A stretch of DNA of 64,000 nt from Flavobacterium sp. (GTDB lineage Bacteria; Bacteroidota; Bacteroidia; Flavobacteriales; Flavobacteriaceae): contig DASWND010000162.1 in NCBI GenBank assembly GCA_036399435.1, positions 6,280 to 70,279 on the forward strand. The letters are read 5' to 3'. Under the pieces are notes generated by a model that was given only the letters and a program-made list of their open reading frames with translations, was not told where the DNA came from and made no database searches. The position numbers and the translations under genes are program-made. Shown here one piece after another: positions 54,307 through 64,000 of this stretch. Numbering within the stretch: the first letter of the stretch is position 1; each line of letters begins with the position of its first letter.

Positions 54307-57114
54307 ATGAAAGTGTACTTATTTATTTTGTCGCTGTTCTTTTGCTGCCTGAGTTATGCGCAAACGACAGTGTCAGGATCGGTTTCTGATCAAAACAACA
54401 AGCCGGTTGCCGGAGCCAATGTCACAGTTGCCGGAGAATCAACAGGAACTATCACAGATGCAGATGGGAAATTCAGATTGACAACCACCGCAACGCCGCC
54501 TTTTGATATTGAAATATCGAGTGTTGGACTTGCCACTCAAACAGTTTCTTTTACAGGTTCTGACGTGAGTGTTATTATGCTTGAGGAGGAAACAAGATTG
54601 AATGAAATTGTTGTCTCAGCATCCAGAACACCTGAAAGAGTTCTTGAATCACCGGTAACCATCGAACGTATGGGATTACAGGAAATTAGGAACACGTCAT
54701 CGCCAACATTCTACGAAGGCCTTGAAAACATGAAGGAAGTACACTTTAACACAAGTAGTTTATCATTCAAATCAATTAACACAAGAGGTTTTGCAACGGT
54801 TGCAAACACGCGGTTTATGCAACTGGTAGATGGAATGGACAACTCGTCTCCGGCTTTAAACTTCGTCCTTGGAAACTTGATCGGAATGTCTGAACTGGAT
54901 GTTGCAAGCGTCGAACTTTTGCCCGGAGCATCATCTGCATTATATGGCGCAAATGCCTTCAACGGAATCTTGTTCATGAACAGCAAAAGCCCGTTTACAT
55001 ATCAGGGAATAAGCACATATTTTAAATACGGGAAGACTTCACAGGAAGCAGCCGGAACAAACGACTATTACGATTTTGGAATTCGCGCTGCACATGCATT
55101 CAGTCCAAAGTTTGCCGGAAAAGCGAACTTCACTTTTATGAAAGCTACTGAATGGATTGCTGCTGATTTCAACAGCGTGACAGCGGGTGGCGACACACGT
55201 GACAACCAGAATTATGACGGACTCAATATTTACGGCGATGAGGTTACGACTTTTATTCCCAACGTAGGACAAGTGAGCCGCACAGGTTACAGAGAGCAAG
55301 ATTTAAATGACAACAAGATCGAAAGCGTGAGAGCAGATTTCTCTTTGCACTTTAAGCCATGGGCTAACGACTTTGAGATCATTACTCAATATAAATTAGG
55401 ATTCGGAAATACAATTTACCAGGGAGCGAACAGATACAGGCTTGAAAATTTCTTTATGAGTCAGGCGAAACTCGAAATTAGAAATAGAAACTTCTTTGTC
55501 CGTGCATACATGACTGACGAAAATGCAGGTGATTCATATGACATGAGATTTGCAGCATGGAACGTTAACAGATTGGCGAAAGCCGACAAGAACTGGTTTA
55601 CAGACTACGCTACGGCTTTCCAGGTTTCAAGCGCTGCATTAGGTTTAAATGCGGATCAGGCAGCAGCTTACGCGAGAAATTTTGCAGATTACAACGTTGC
55701 TCCGGGCTTGCCATTGACTCCTTTTGTTGATCCGGCAAATCCTGACGCTCCGACTTCACCTCGTTTCGAGCCTGGAACTGCAGCTTACAATGCCGCACTA
55801 CAATCTGTAGTTGAGAATCCTGACTTGACCCAAGGCGCCAGGTTTATTGATGAATCTCAATTGTACCACGTCGATGCAAACTACAACTTTAAGGAGCTGA
55901 TCGATGTTGCGGAAATACAAGTTGGTGGTTCAGCACGTCAATACGTTATGAATTCACAAGGAACGATCTTTACTGACTATGACGGGCCGATCAGATACGA
56001 AGAGTACGGAGTTTACACTCAAGTTACAAAAAGGTTCTTAGCTGAAGAACGTCTGAAATTTACTGGATCGCTTCGCTATGATAAAAGCCAAAACTTTGAA
56101 GGCTTCGTTAGTCCGCGTGTTGCTTTTGTCTATTCAGCTGGAGCCGATAAAAGACACAATTTTAGAGCTTCATACCAGACCGGTTTTAGAAATCCGACAA
56201 CTCAGGATCAGTATATCGGACTTGATGTAGGTCCATTTGCTTTAATTGGATCTGCACCTGATAACCTCACGCGTTTTGTTGAGGAACTACCTGTCAGCCT
56301 TGCGGGCCAAACCATTGATGGCGTCGGCGAAACAGTTATTCGTTCCGGGGAACATGCATATAATAATTCATACACTCTTGCTTCCGTTCAGGCATTTGGC
56401 GCGTCACAAAATACTGGAGACCTTCAGGTTGCAGATATCGGGCTTGTTAAACCGGAAAGAGTGCAGGCATTTGAACTTGGATATCGTTCGGTTACGAACA
56501 ATGATCTTTCTATTGATATCAACGGATATTATAACATCTACAATGACTTCCTTAATCAGGCTCGTGTTATCACTCCTTATTATGGTACTGTTGGAACAAA
56601 TCCTGAAGATCCCGAAGTTCAGAAAACCTACCTTGCAATTGCAAATGGAGACAGACGTGTATACCAAATATACACGAACTCTAAAACTGAAGTAACATCA
56701 CAAGGTTTTGGTGTTGGTATTTCGAAAAAAGTCTACAAAGATTTTGAACTTGGTGCAAACTACAACTTTGCAGAATTTACTTTTGATCAGTCTGAAGATC
56801 CAAGCTTCGTTCCCGGATTTAATACGCCAAAGCACCGATTAAAAGGATCTTTTGGAAATGCCAACGCGTTTAAAAACTTCGGGTTTAACATAAATGTAAG
56901 ATGGTGGACTGAATACGTGTGGCAATCATCTTTTGGTGACGGAATTGTTCCTGAAAACACGGTTCTTGATGCTCAGATCAGCTATGCAATTCCAAGCTTG
57001 AAATCCCAACTTAAGCTAGGTGCTGCGAATCTGTTCGGAGAAGACTATATTCAGGTAGTTGGCGCAGGAGCAATCGGACAGCAATGGTTCATCCAATGGA
57101 CCATCAATCCATAA
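54307..57114 (+). CDS. TonB-dependent outer-membrane receptor with carboxypeptidase-regulatory-like N-domain
   Basis: 935 aa with a signal peptide. It has a CarbopepD_reg-like segment (VSGSVSDQNNKPVAGANVTVAG..TDADGKFRL), a plug region (VVSASRTPERVLESPVTIERMG) and a long beta-barrel. Confidence 0.85.
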   Translation: MKVYLFILSLFFCCLSYAQTTVSGSVSDQNNKPVAGANVTVAGESTGTITDADGKFRLTTTATPPFDIEISSVGLATQTVSFTGSDVSVIMLEEETRLNEIVVSASRTPERVLESPVTIERMGLQEIRNTSSPTFYEGLENMKEVHFNTSSLSFKSINTRGFATVANTRFMQLVDGMDNSSPALNFVLGNLIGMSELDVASVELLPGASSALYGANAFNGILFMNSKSPFTYQGISTYFKYGKTSQEAAGTNDYYDFGIRAAHAFSPKFAGKANFTFMKATEWIAADFNSVTAGGDTRDNQNYDGLNIYGDEVTTFIPNVGQVSRTGYREQDLNDNKIESVRADFSLHFKPWANDFEIITQYKLGFGNTIYQGANRYRLENFFMSQAKLEIRNRNFFVRAYMTDENAGDSYDMRFAAWNVNRLAKADKNWFTDYATAFQVSSAALGLNADQAAAYARNFADYNVAPGLPLTPFVDPANPDAPTSPRFEPGTAAYNAALQSVVENPDLTQGARFIDESQLYHVDANYNFKELIDVAEIQVGGSARQYVMNSQGTIFTDYDGPIRYEEYGVYTQVTKRFLAEERLKFTGSLRYDKSQNFEGFVSPRVAFVYSAGADKRHNFRASYQTGFRNPTTQDQYIGLDVGPFALIGSAPDNLTRFVEELPVSLAGQTIDGVGETVIRSGEHAYNNSYTLASVQAFGASQNTGDLQVADIGLVKPERVQAFELGYRSVTNNDLSIDINGYYNIYNDFLNQARVITPYYGTVGTNPEDPEVQKTYLAIANGDRRVYQIYTNSKTEVTSQGFGVGISKKVYKDFELGANYNFAEFTFDQSEDPSFVPGFNTPKHRLKGSFGNANAFKNFGFNINVRWWTEYVWQSSFGDGIVPENTVLDAQISYAIPSLKSQLKLGAANLFGEDYIQVVGAGAIGQQWFIQWTINP

Positions 57115-57145
57115 TTAATTAGTAATTTTTATAATTCAATAGATC

Positions 57146-58693
57146 ATGATAAAAAACTTTAAATGGCTGCTTTTGGTTTCACTGACCATGGTGGCGTGCA
57201 ACAATGACGATGATGATGATACAAGCGCAGTTGAAGTTCCTATAACAGCCGGTACTGCCGATTTTTCAAATTATGTAGCCGTCGGAAATTCACTGACTGC
57301 AGGATTTAGCGATAATGCATTGTTCAGAGAAGGTCAGGAAAACTCTTATCCAAGTTTGCTTTCACAACAGTTTGCATTGGTAGGCGGAGGTGACTTCGCA
57401 ATACCTTTTGTAGGCGAAGATAATCTGGGCGGACTTCTGCTTGGCGGTAATGTGATCGCAGGAACAAGGCTATATTTCAATGGTGTTGGACCTGTAAACG
57501 TTCCGGGAACGCCTGTAACCGAAGTTACAAATCACTTAAGCGGAACTTTTAATAATATGGGCGTACCGGGAGCTAAAAGTTTTCACCTTCTTGCGCCGGG
57601 CTATGGTAATGTAGCTGGAGTTGCCTCTGGAGCTTCCAATCCTTATTTCGTGCGATTCGCTTCAACGCCTACTGCAACAGTGATTGGTGACGCAGTAGCG
57701 CAAAACCCGACTTTCTTTTCGCTTTGGATCGGAAATAACGATATTCTTAGCTATGCTACGTCAGGCGGTATAGGTGTGAACCAAAGTGGTAATATGAATC
57801 CAGCTACCTACGGCCCTAACGATATTACAGATCCAACTGTGTTTGCTTCTGTGTATGGAAACCTTGTTGATCAACTAGTAGGAACAGGCGCAAAAGGCGT
57901 AGTTGCTAATTTACCTTACGTTACATCAATTCCGTTCTTTACTACTGTTCCTGTCAACCCTTTAACTGCTACAACTATTGGAAGCGGTAATGCTGCTGTA
58001 GGCGAAGCTACTATTACACAACTCAATGCGCAACTATACGGTCCATTAAAAACGGCATTAACAGCATTCGGAGCCGGCGACAGAATCAATCTTTTGTCTG
58101 CTACGACCGGCAATCCGCTGTTGATTTCAGATGAATCTCTTACTGACTTGTCTGCTCAGCTTACTCAGGCTTTTACTCCAACATTAGGATTGCCTGTGGC
58201 GACATTTTACGGCCAGATATTCGGAAAAGCACGCCATGCTAAAGCCGGAGATCTTATTCTTCTTACGACACGCAACGTAATCGGAACAGCGCCCGTTGGA
58301 ATTCCAGCTCCGCTAAACGCATTTGGAATCACATTCCCGCTGGAAGACAGACATGTATTGATTCCAACTGAAATCGAGGAATTAAGAGTTGCTACGGTTG
58401 CTTTTAATGCTACGATCAGTGCTGAGGCAACTGCTAATAATCTGGCTTTTGTTGACGCAAATGCACTATTACAGCAAGTATCTAACGGTGGTGTTCGTTT
58501 TGGAAACTATCACTTATCATCTTCTTTCGTAACCGGTGGCGCATTTTCATTAGACGGTGTTCACCCAAGCTCACGAGGTTATGCGCTGATAGCCAACAAA
58601 TTCTTAGAAGCGATCAATGCAACATACGGATCAACTTTCCGACCTCTTGATCTGGGAGACTATCGAGTTCAGTATCCTGCGATTCTTCAATAG
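57146..58693 (+). CDS. SGNH/GDSL-family hydrolase lipoprotein
   Basis: 515 aa with lipobox LTMVAC followed by a D-run. It has block I VAVGNSLTAGF and block V DGVHPSSRGYALIANKF. Confidence 0.75.
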   Translation: MIKNFKWLLLVSLTMVACNNDDDDDTSAVEVPITAGTADFSNYVAVGNSLTAGFSDNALFREGQENSYPSLLSQQFALVGGGDFAIPFVGEDNLGGLLLGGNVIAGTRLYFNGVGPVNVPGTPVTEVTNHLSGTFNNMGVPGAKSFHLLAPGYGNVAGVASGASNPYFVRFASTPTATVIGDAVAQNPTFFSLWIGNNDILSYATSGGIGVNQSGNMNPATYGPNDITDPTVFASVYGNLVDQLVGTGAKGVVANLPYVTSIPFFTTVPVNPLTATTIGSGNAAVGEATITQLNAQLYGPLKTALTAFGAGDRINLLSATTGNPLLISDESLTDLSAQLTQAFTPTLGLPVATFYGQIFGKARHAKAGDLILLTTRNVIGTAPVGIPAPLNAFGITFPLEDRHVLIPTEIEELRVATVAFNATISAEATANNLAFVDANALLQQVSNGGVRFGNYHLSSSFVTGGAFSLDGVHPSSRGYALIANKFLEAINATYGSTFRPLDLGDYRVQYPAILQ

Positions 58694-58713
58694 GGATAAT
58701 ATTATATTAAAAA

Positions 58714-58738
58714 GGCTGTCTTTTGGGCAGCCTTTTTT
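58714..58738 (+). terminator. Rho-independent terminator after the SGNH lipoprotein gene
   Basis: ggctgtc-ttttg-ggcagcc followed by tttttt. Confidence 0.75.
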
Positions 58739-58830
58739 GTTTCGTCGCCTTAAAAACTATGTTGTTGCAGATTCAGCAACAGAGGCTACTTTTTTCTGAA
58801 AAAAATTATGGAATTTATATTTTAAAAAAT

Positions 58831-58838
58831 TATCTTTG
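58831..58838 (+). promoter_or_regulatory. Bacteroidota -7 box (TATCTTTG) for atpDC
   Basis: Exact TAnnTTTG match, 80 nt upstream of the atpD ATG. Confidence 0.4.
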
Positions 58839-58914
58839 CACACGAAAATGAGGGTGCCTTAAACCGCATTCTTATAATCTTTCTTCTTTAAAAACAGCTA
58901 TTTAAAATACATAA

Positions 58915-60429
<1,515 letters not shown>

Positions 60430-60435
60430 TTTAAA

Positions 60436-60499
60436 GTTGTCGGTGCCAGTTGCCGGTTGTCGGAAGGCATCCATCAACTATCAACCATCAACCATCAAC
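60436..60499 (+). repeat. Short-period repeats in the atpD-atpC spacer: 3x GTTGYCGG followed by 4x YATCAAC
   Basis: The GTTGYCGG copies are at 60436-43, 60449-56 and 60456-63. The tandem catcaac/tatcaac/catcaac/catcaac run is at 60472-60499. The two blocks are partly complementary (6 of 8 per unit). Confidence 0.7.
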
Positions 60500-60509
60500 T
60501 ACTAAAAAT

Positions 60510-60791
60510 ATGACTTTAGAAATAGTATCCCCGGAAGCTACATTATATAAAGGAGAAGTAACTTCGGTTACACTTCCAGGTGTCGACGGTAGCTTTCAGA
60601 TTTTGAACCGCCACGCGCCGATCGTTTCCATCCTTAAAGAAGGTAGCATCAAAATTTCTGCTCCTGTATTTGAATTCACGAAGGAATCAGCCGGAAAATT
60701 TGTTCAGGTTGATGCGCAGACATACACGCTGCCAATCAAATCAGGTACGATCGAAATGAACCATAATAAAGTAATTGTGCTGGTCGATTAA
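60510..60791 (+). CDS. atpC: F0F1 ATP synthase subunit epsilon
   Basis: I chose the ATG at 60510, giving MTLEIVSPEATLYKGEV (93 aa). The upstream 20 codons in the track ORF run through the spacer repeats. Confidence 0.9.
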   Translation: MTLEIVSPEATLYKGEVTSVTLPGVDGSFQILNRHAPIVSILKEGSIKISAPVFEFTKESAGKFVQVDAQTYTLPIKSGTIEMNHNKVIVLVD

Positions 60792-60812
60792 TACCACACG
60801 CAAGAATGATGA

Positions 60813-60839
60813 AGCCGGACAAATAGTTCGGCTTTTTTT
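60813..60839 (+). terminator. Rho-independent terminator after atpC
   Basis: agccgga-caaatag-ttcggct followed by ttttttt. Confidence 0.75.
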
Positions 60840-60846
60840 ATTTAAA

Positions 60847-60923
60847 GCTGTTCCGGCTGTCCGCTGTATCTTTTACGGGCTCCTGTCGTCGCCCGCAAAA
60901 GGATGCCGCTTCTATCCGGGCTA
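60847..60923 (+). repeat. GC-rich palindromic intergenic repeat, copy C (shortest)
   Basis: The sequence is gctgttccggctgtccgctgtatcttttacgggctcctgtcgtcgcccgcaaaaggatgccgcttctatccgggcta. The arms gtatcttttacggg and cccgcaaaaggatgc can pair. Its last 3 nt (cta) form the stop codon of the minus-strand gene 60921-61115. Confidence 0.65.
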
Positions 60924-61115
60924 GTTATTCCAGAAATCATCCGGCTTCGTACGAAGTGCTTTGATTATAAATGCAGCAATGACCCCAATTTGAAATAACA
61001 GCGCAATGGCCATAGCAGCTTGATTGTATTCATGATGCATAATCTTCATATAGGCGGCAATCAGAACAAAAATGGAAGACACAATAAATAAAATAATCAA
61101 CGTCTTGTTTTTCAT
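60921..61115 (-). CDS. Small two-TM membrane protein
   Basis: 64 aa with two hydrophobic helices. It has an ATGA overlap with the upstream HTH gene. Confidence 0.55.
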   Translation of the reverse strand: MKNKTLIILFIVSSIFVLIAAYMKIMHHEYNQAAMAIALLFQIGVIAAFIIKALRTKPDDFWNN

Positions 61116-61336
61116 ATAGCTTTATTTAATGGGTGAGGAACATATTCAAGTATATCGCCCGGCTGACAATCCAGCACTTCACAGATAGCTTCGAGTGTCG
61201 TAAATCGTACAGCTTTTGCCTTTCCGGTCTTTAATATTGAGAGGTTGGCAGTTGTAATTCCAATGCGGTCTGCTAGTTCGTTTGAGCGCATTTTTCGCCG
61301 CGCAAGCATCACATCCAAATTTAGTATAATAGGCAT
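61112..61336 (-). CDS. XRE-type helix-turn-helix transcriptional regulator (YozG-like)
   Basis: 74 aa. The sequence LDVMLARRKMRSNELADRIGITTANLSILKTGKAKAVRFTTLEAICEVLDCQPGDILEY is a typical YozG-family sequence. Confidence 0.85.
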   Translation of the reverse strand: MPIILNLDVMLARRKMRSNELADRIGITTANLSILKTGKAKAVRFTTLEAICEVLDCQPGDILEYVPHPLNKAI

Positions 61337-61341
61337 TTTGC

Positions 61342-61908
61342 TTAAGAATTATTTGTCAGCCTCGCTTTTCTAACCGAGTCAGCGTATAAACATGCGGTTA
61401 AGATAAACATGCAAATACTTGTAAAAACTGCAATAAAATAAAATTTGTCAGCAGGGAGATTTAGACCCAGCATTAATGAACCGACCACAATTATACCTGC
61501 AAAGATTGCGTACCAGTTGGTCATATAAAACCACGCGTAAGGAAAGAAATGTCCGCCTGTTATTATTGCATACACCATTATAAAATAATCCGGACTTTTG
61601 ATCATCGTAAAAACTAAAAATGGAAAGTAGAATAATTGGGCGAAATTCAGCCATAGGCCTAGTGGCTGTAGCGGATTATTTTCAACTTTCCAATTGGTTT
61701 TCAGTAATCTTGAAAAACCATAAGCGAACGGAAGTAATGGCGCCCCAGCAATAAAAACCAAAATAGATTTATTGTACGGATCAATTTTAAGCGTCCATAC
61801 GTAAGCTATTATCAACCATATAATGCTTGCCGCTAAAGTGAAGTCTGTTCCGTTCTTTGCTTTTGCGGACAACTCGATTCGCAGTCTGTCCAGATTCTCA
61901 TTTGTCAT
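61342..61908 (-). CDS. Polytopic membrane protein of unknown function
   Basis: 188 aa with ~5 TM segments. It lies 5 nt upstream of the HTH gene. Confidence 0.6.
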   Translation of the reverse strand: MTNENLDRLRIELSAKAKNGTDFTLAASIIWLIIAYVWTLKIDPYNKSILVFIAGAPLLPFAYGFSRLLKTNWKVENNPLQPLGLWLNFAQLFYFPFLVFTMIKSPDYFIMVYAIITGGHFFPYAWFYMTNWYAIFAGIIVVGSLMLGLNLPADKFYFIAVFTSICMFILTACLYADSVRKARLTNNS

Positions 61909-61932
61909 AATTATATTTTAAAAGTTGACCGA

Positions 61933-62445
61933 CTAAACCGTAAGTTCATTCTCTTCCTTCATGTTCTTTGCTTTCTTGAATATTTCCGAGATCACCAGAA
62001 ACAGAAGGCCTAAACTTGTAGACATTAAAAATGAATCAAAACCTCCTCCGTTTATTTCTATACCGAGCTTGTTCCGGTGGATCGCATTGTAAAAAAACAT
62101 TGGAACGCTCGTAAGGAATGTTGATGCAATAATACATTGTCCGATCACCGTAAAATGACGGCTAACATTATCTGAAAATATCTCATGCTTTATAAAGAGT
62201 GCAAGTACTGCACGAAGCCTATAAATCGAATAAATGAAGAACAGCGCACCTGCCATCCCTAATATGACAACAATAATGGTGGACGGATCTCTGTCTCCCA
62301 GCGTTTGCCCCGCAATCTTTATCGGCAAATCCATTTCCGGATTTAATATGTAAATCGGTAATATAATCAACATTCCGCCAACGGCTAGAACACCAAAAAA
62401 GAAGAATAGATCAACGAGCGCTTTAAGTAGGGTAAGATTTTTCAT
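61933..62445 (-). CDS. DUF2975-like membrane protein
   Basis: 170 aa with 4 TM segments. A DUF2975-type protein upstream of a YozG-type HTH is a recurrent pairing. The family call rests on architecture and context. Confidence 0.55.
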   Translation of the reverse strand: MKNLTLLKALVDLFFFFGVLAVGGMLIILPIYILNPEMDLPIKIAGQTLGDRDPSTIIVVILGMAGALFFIYSIYRLRAVLALFIKHEIFSDNVSRHFTVIGQCIIASTFLTSVPMFFYNAIHRNKLGIEINGGGFDSFLMSTSLGLLFLVISEIFKKAKNMKEENELTV

Positions 62446-62459
62446 GTTTAAAATTTGTT

Positions 62460-62467
62460 CAAATATA
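62460..62467 (-). promoter_or_regulatory. Bacteroidota -7 box (TATATTTG) for the DUF2975/HTH operon
   Basis: Exact TAnnTTTG match on the minus strand, 15 nt upstream of the ATG at 62445. A second match (TAATTTTG) lies ~12 nt further upstream. Confidence 0.45.
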
Positions 62468-62553
62468 GCAAAATTATTGATAAACGATAAAAAATTATTC
62501 TAATTGAATATAAATGCAATAGGTTATGGATGAACTAATGATGTATATTTCGG

Positions 62554-62561
62554 TAAATTTG
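62554..62561 (+). promoter_or_regulatory. Bacteroidota -7 box (TAAATTTG) for bioF-like gene
   Basis: Exact TAnnTTTG match whose G is only 5 nt from the ATG at 62566. This implies a leaderless or near-leaderless transcript. Confidence 0.4.
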
Positions 62562-62565
62562 CAAC

Positions 62566-63705
62566 ATGCGGTTTCCAGAAAAGCTCACATACCGAATCCA
62601 GAAAAGGCTCGATGATCATACACTACGTGAACTATCACCGGCGTCGTCACTTATTGATTTTGCCTCAAATGATTACCTCGGCTTTTCCAGATCGCAGGAA
62701 ATTTCACAGGCGGCACATCTTCTTCTAGATTGCAATCCGCAAAACGGTTCAACCGGATCACGCCTTTTGTCAGGAAACCAGCCATTGCATTCCAAGGCTG
62801 AGGAATTAATTGCCACTTTTCACAAAGCAGAATCTTCACTGCTCTACAACTCCGGCTATGATGCAAATCTGGGTTTTTTCAGTTGTGTTCCACAACGAGG
62901 CGACATAATTCTCTATGATGAGTTGTGCCATGCATCAATCCGCGATGGACTCAGGTTGTCTAACGTGAATGCATATAAATTCAGTCACAATGATCTTGAA
63001 AATCTGACTGAATTAGTTGAAAAGCATTCAGCTGCAGAAGGAGAAATTTACATCGCTACCGAATCAGTATTTTCAATGGATGGTGATTCTCCTGAATTAC
63101 ATCGGCTATGCGAAATTGCCGCTAATAATAACTGCCTGCTTATCATAGACGAAGCACATGCCTTAGGCGTCTTTGGCAAAAATGGCAGTGGACTGGTTCA
63201 GGAACTTCAATTGCAGGATCAGATTTTTGCACGAATCGTCACTTTCGGAAAAGGCCTTGGATGTCACGGTGCCGCAGTTTTAGGTTCACAGCAACTGATT
63301 CAATATCTCATTAACTATTCACGCAGTTTTATTTACACTACGGCGATCGCTCCACATTCAGCTGCAACGATTATCTCGGCATATGAGCAACTTGCGAAAA
63401 GTGCAAATGAAATAGAAATGTTACGGGAGAATATACTGCATTTCAATCGTGAGATTACTCAACTGGGAATTAAACAGCTTTTCGTAAAAGGCAAGTCAGC
63501 TATACAATCTGCAATAATTCCGGGAAATGAAACAGTGAAAAAAGTAGCGGCAGAACTTCAACGAAGCGGCTACGATGTTCGTCCAATTTTGTCGCCAACT
63601 GTTCCTGCAGGACAAGAGCGACTTCGATTTTGCCTTCACAGCTTCAATAGCCAGGCTGAAATTTCAGATGTCTTAAGATTGTTGGCTACCTTTGTATATG
63701 GATGA
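62566..63705 (+). CDS. bioF: 8-amino-7-oxononanoate synthase-family PLP enzyme (alpha-oxoamine synthase; BioF-like)
   Basis: 379 aa. It has the SGYDANLG motif, the DEAHALGVFG motif and the PLP-lysine region TFGKGLGCHGA. No other bio genes are in the window, so a different alpha-oxoamine-synthase role cannot be excluded. Confidence 0.7.
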   Translation: MRFPEKLTYRIQKRLDDHTLRELSPASSLIDFASNDYLGFSRSQEISQAAHLLLDCNPQNGSTGSRLLSGNQPLHSKAEELIATFHKAESSLLYNSGYDANLGFFSCVPQRGDIILYDELCHASIRDGLRLSNVNAYKFSHNDLENLTELVEKHSAAEGEIYIATESVFSMDGDSPELHRLCEIAANNNCLLIIDEAHALGVFGKNGSGLVQELQLQDQIFARIVTFGKGLGCHGAAVLGSQQLIQYLINYSRSFIYTTAIAPHSAATIISAYEQLAKSANEIEMLRENILHFNREITQLGIKQLFVKGKSAIQSAIIPGNETVKKVAAELQRSGYDVRPILSPTVPAGQERLRFCLHSFNSQAEISDVLRLLATFVYG

Positions 63706-64000
63706 AACTATTTTTAGACAAGTCGCCATTTTCCAATATTCGACTGAAGCATTTATCTACAAAGGAAAACTTGAAGCCAATGGAGTTGAAGTTTTTATGC
63801 GCGATCACCTTACGATCGACACCGATCCTTTGATTTCAAATGCTATTGGCGGAGTCAAGCTTTTTGTCAGATCTGAAGATTACCTAACAGCAAAGTCGCT
63901 ACTAAATGAAATCAGTAAGTATTCGGTAAGTGACAACGGCGACGCTGTAGTATGTCCCGCCTGCAGTTCCCAAAAAGTGGAGTTATTCTCATCAGTTAAA
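63698..64000 (+). CDS. DUF2007-like protein (putative signal-transducing fold), 3'-truncated by the window end
   Basis: My own translation from the ATG at 63698 is MDETIFRQVAIFQYSTEAFIYKGKLEANGVEVFMRDHLTIDTDPLISNAIGGVKLFVRSEDYLTAKSLLNE...CPAC. The frame stays open to nt 64000. It overlaps the bioF end by 8 nt. Confidence 0.55.
   Translation, partial: MDETIFRQVAIFQYSTEAFIYKGKLEANGVEVFMRDHLTIDTDPLISNAIGGVKLFVRSEDYLTAKSLLNEISKYSVSDNGDAVVCPACSSQKVELFSSVK

Noticed and set aside
60436-60499. Short tandem repeats in the atpD-atpC spacer as a possible CRISPR or minisatellite.
   Set aside because: The units are 7-8 nt with no spacers, the total length is ~65 nt, and no cas genes are present. It is not a CRISPR array.
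60450-60509. A 20-codon N-terminal extension of atpC (MPVVGRHPSTINHQPSTTKN).
   Set aside because: It is a translation of the spacer repeats. The canonical epsilon N-terminus (MTLEIVSPE..) starts at 60510.

Overview
This 64-kb chromosomal segment looks like a Flavobacteriia (Bacteroidota) genome. Three things support that. Exact TAnnTTTG -7 promoter boxes sit at the expected distance upstream of 13 genes or operons. Two secreted enzymes carry T9SS C-terminal sorting domains. The housekeeping synteny is typical: serS-TPR-DUF4286-rsmA-mgtE, panDC, glgA-like-DUF4270-glmS, atpDC.

A tRNA-Asn(GTT) gene (20198-20271, minus strand) splits the window in two.

Left of the tRNA (1-20.2 kb) is accessory-looking DNA:
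- A large Hel308/Ski2-like DExH helicase lies at the window edge.
- An AT-rich spacer follows, containing one orphan membrane ORF.
- Then comes a ~17-kb two-operon metal-resistance block.
- The minus-strand operon runs His-rich proteins, RND adaptor, CusA/CzcA pump, TolC-like OMF, HMA lipoprotein, frameshifted DUF3703, SAM methyltransferase and a Zn/Cd-type P1B ATPase.
- The plus-strand operon runs a small metal-binding lipoprotein, an HMA-AraC regulator, a CopA ATPase and a multicopper oxidase fused to a CopB-like barrel.
- No integrase, transposase, CRISPR array or rRNA is present in the window.

Right of the tRNA (20.3-64 kb) is ordinary core genome: rseP, a five-gene redox operon, an M1 peptidase, serS, rsmA, mgtE, xth, radA, panDC, glmS, a TonB receptor plus SGNH lipoprotein, atpDC and bioF. 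Two tightly coupled operons of uncharacterised membrane proteins are interspersed (TM2/TM2/DUF2752/DUF4870-like/M48, and DUF2975/membrane/YozG-HTH/mini-TM). A GC-rich palindromic intergenic repeat is present in three copies.

I found no clear-cut complete novel system. The best candidates for a second look are:
- the four-module multicopper oxidase-CopB fusion;
- the HMA-AraC putative copper sensor;
- the edge helicase, which may be half of a defence pair whose partner lies outside the window;
- the TM2/DUF2752/M48 operon.

All family assignments come from motifs read by eye. No database search or composition statistic was run.
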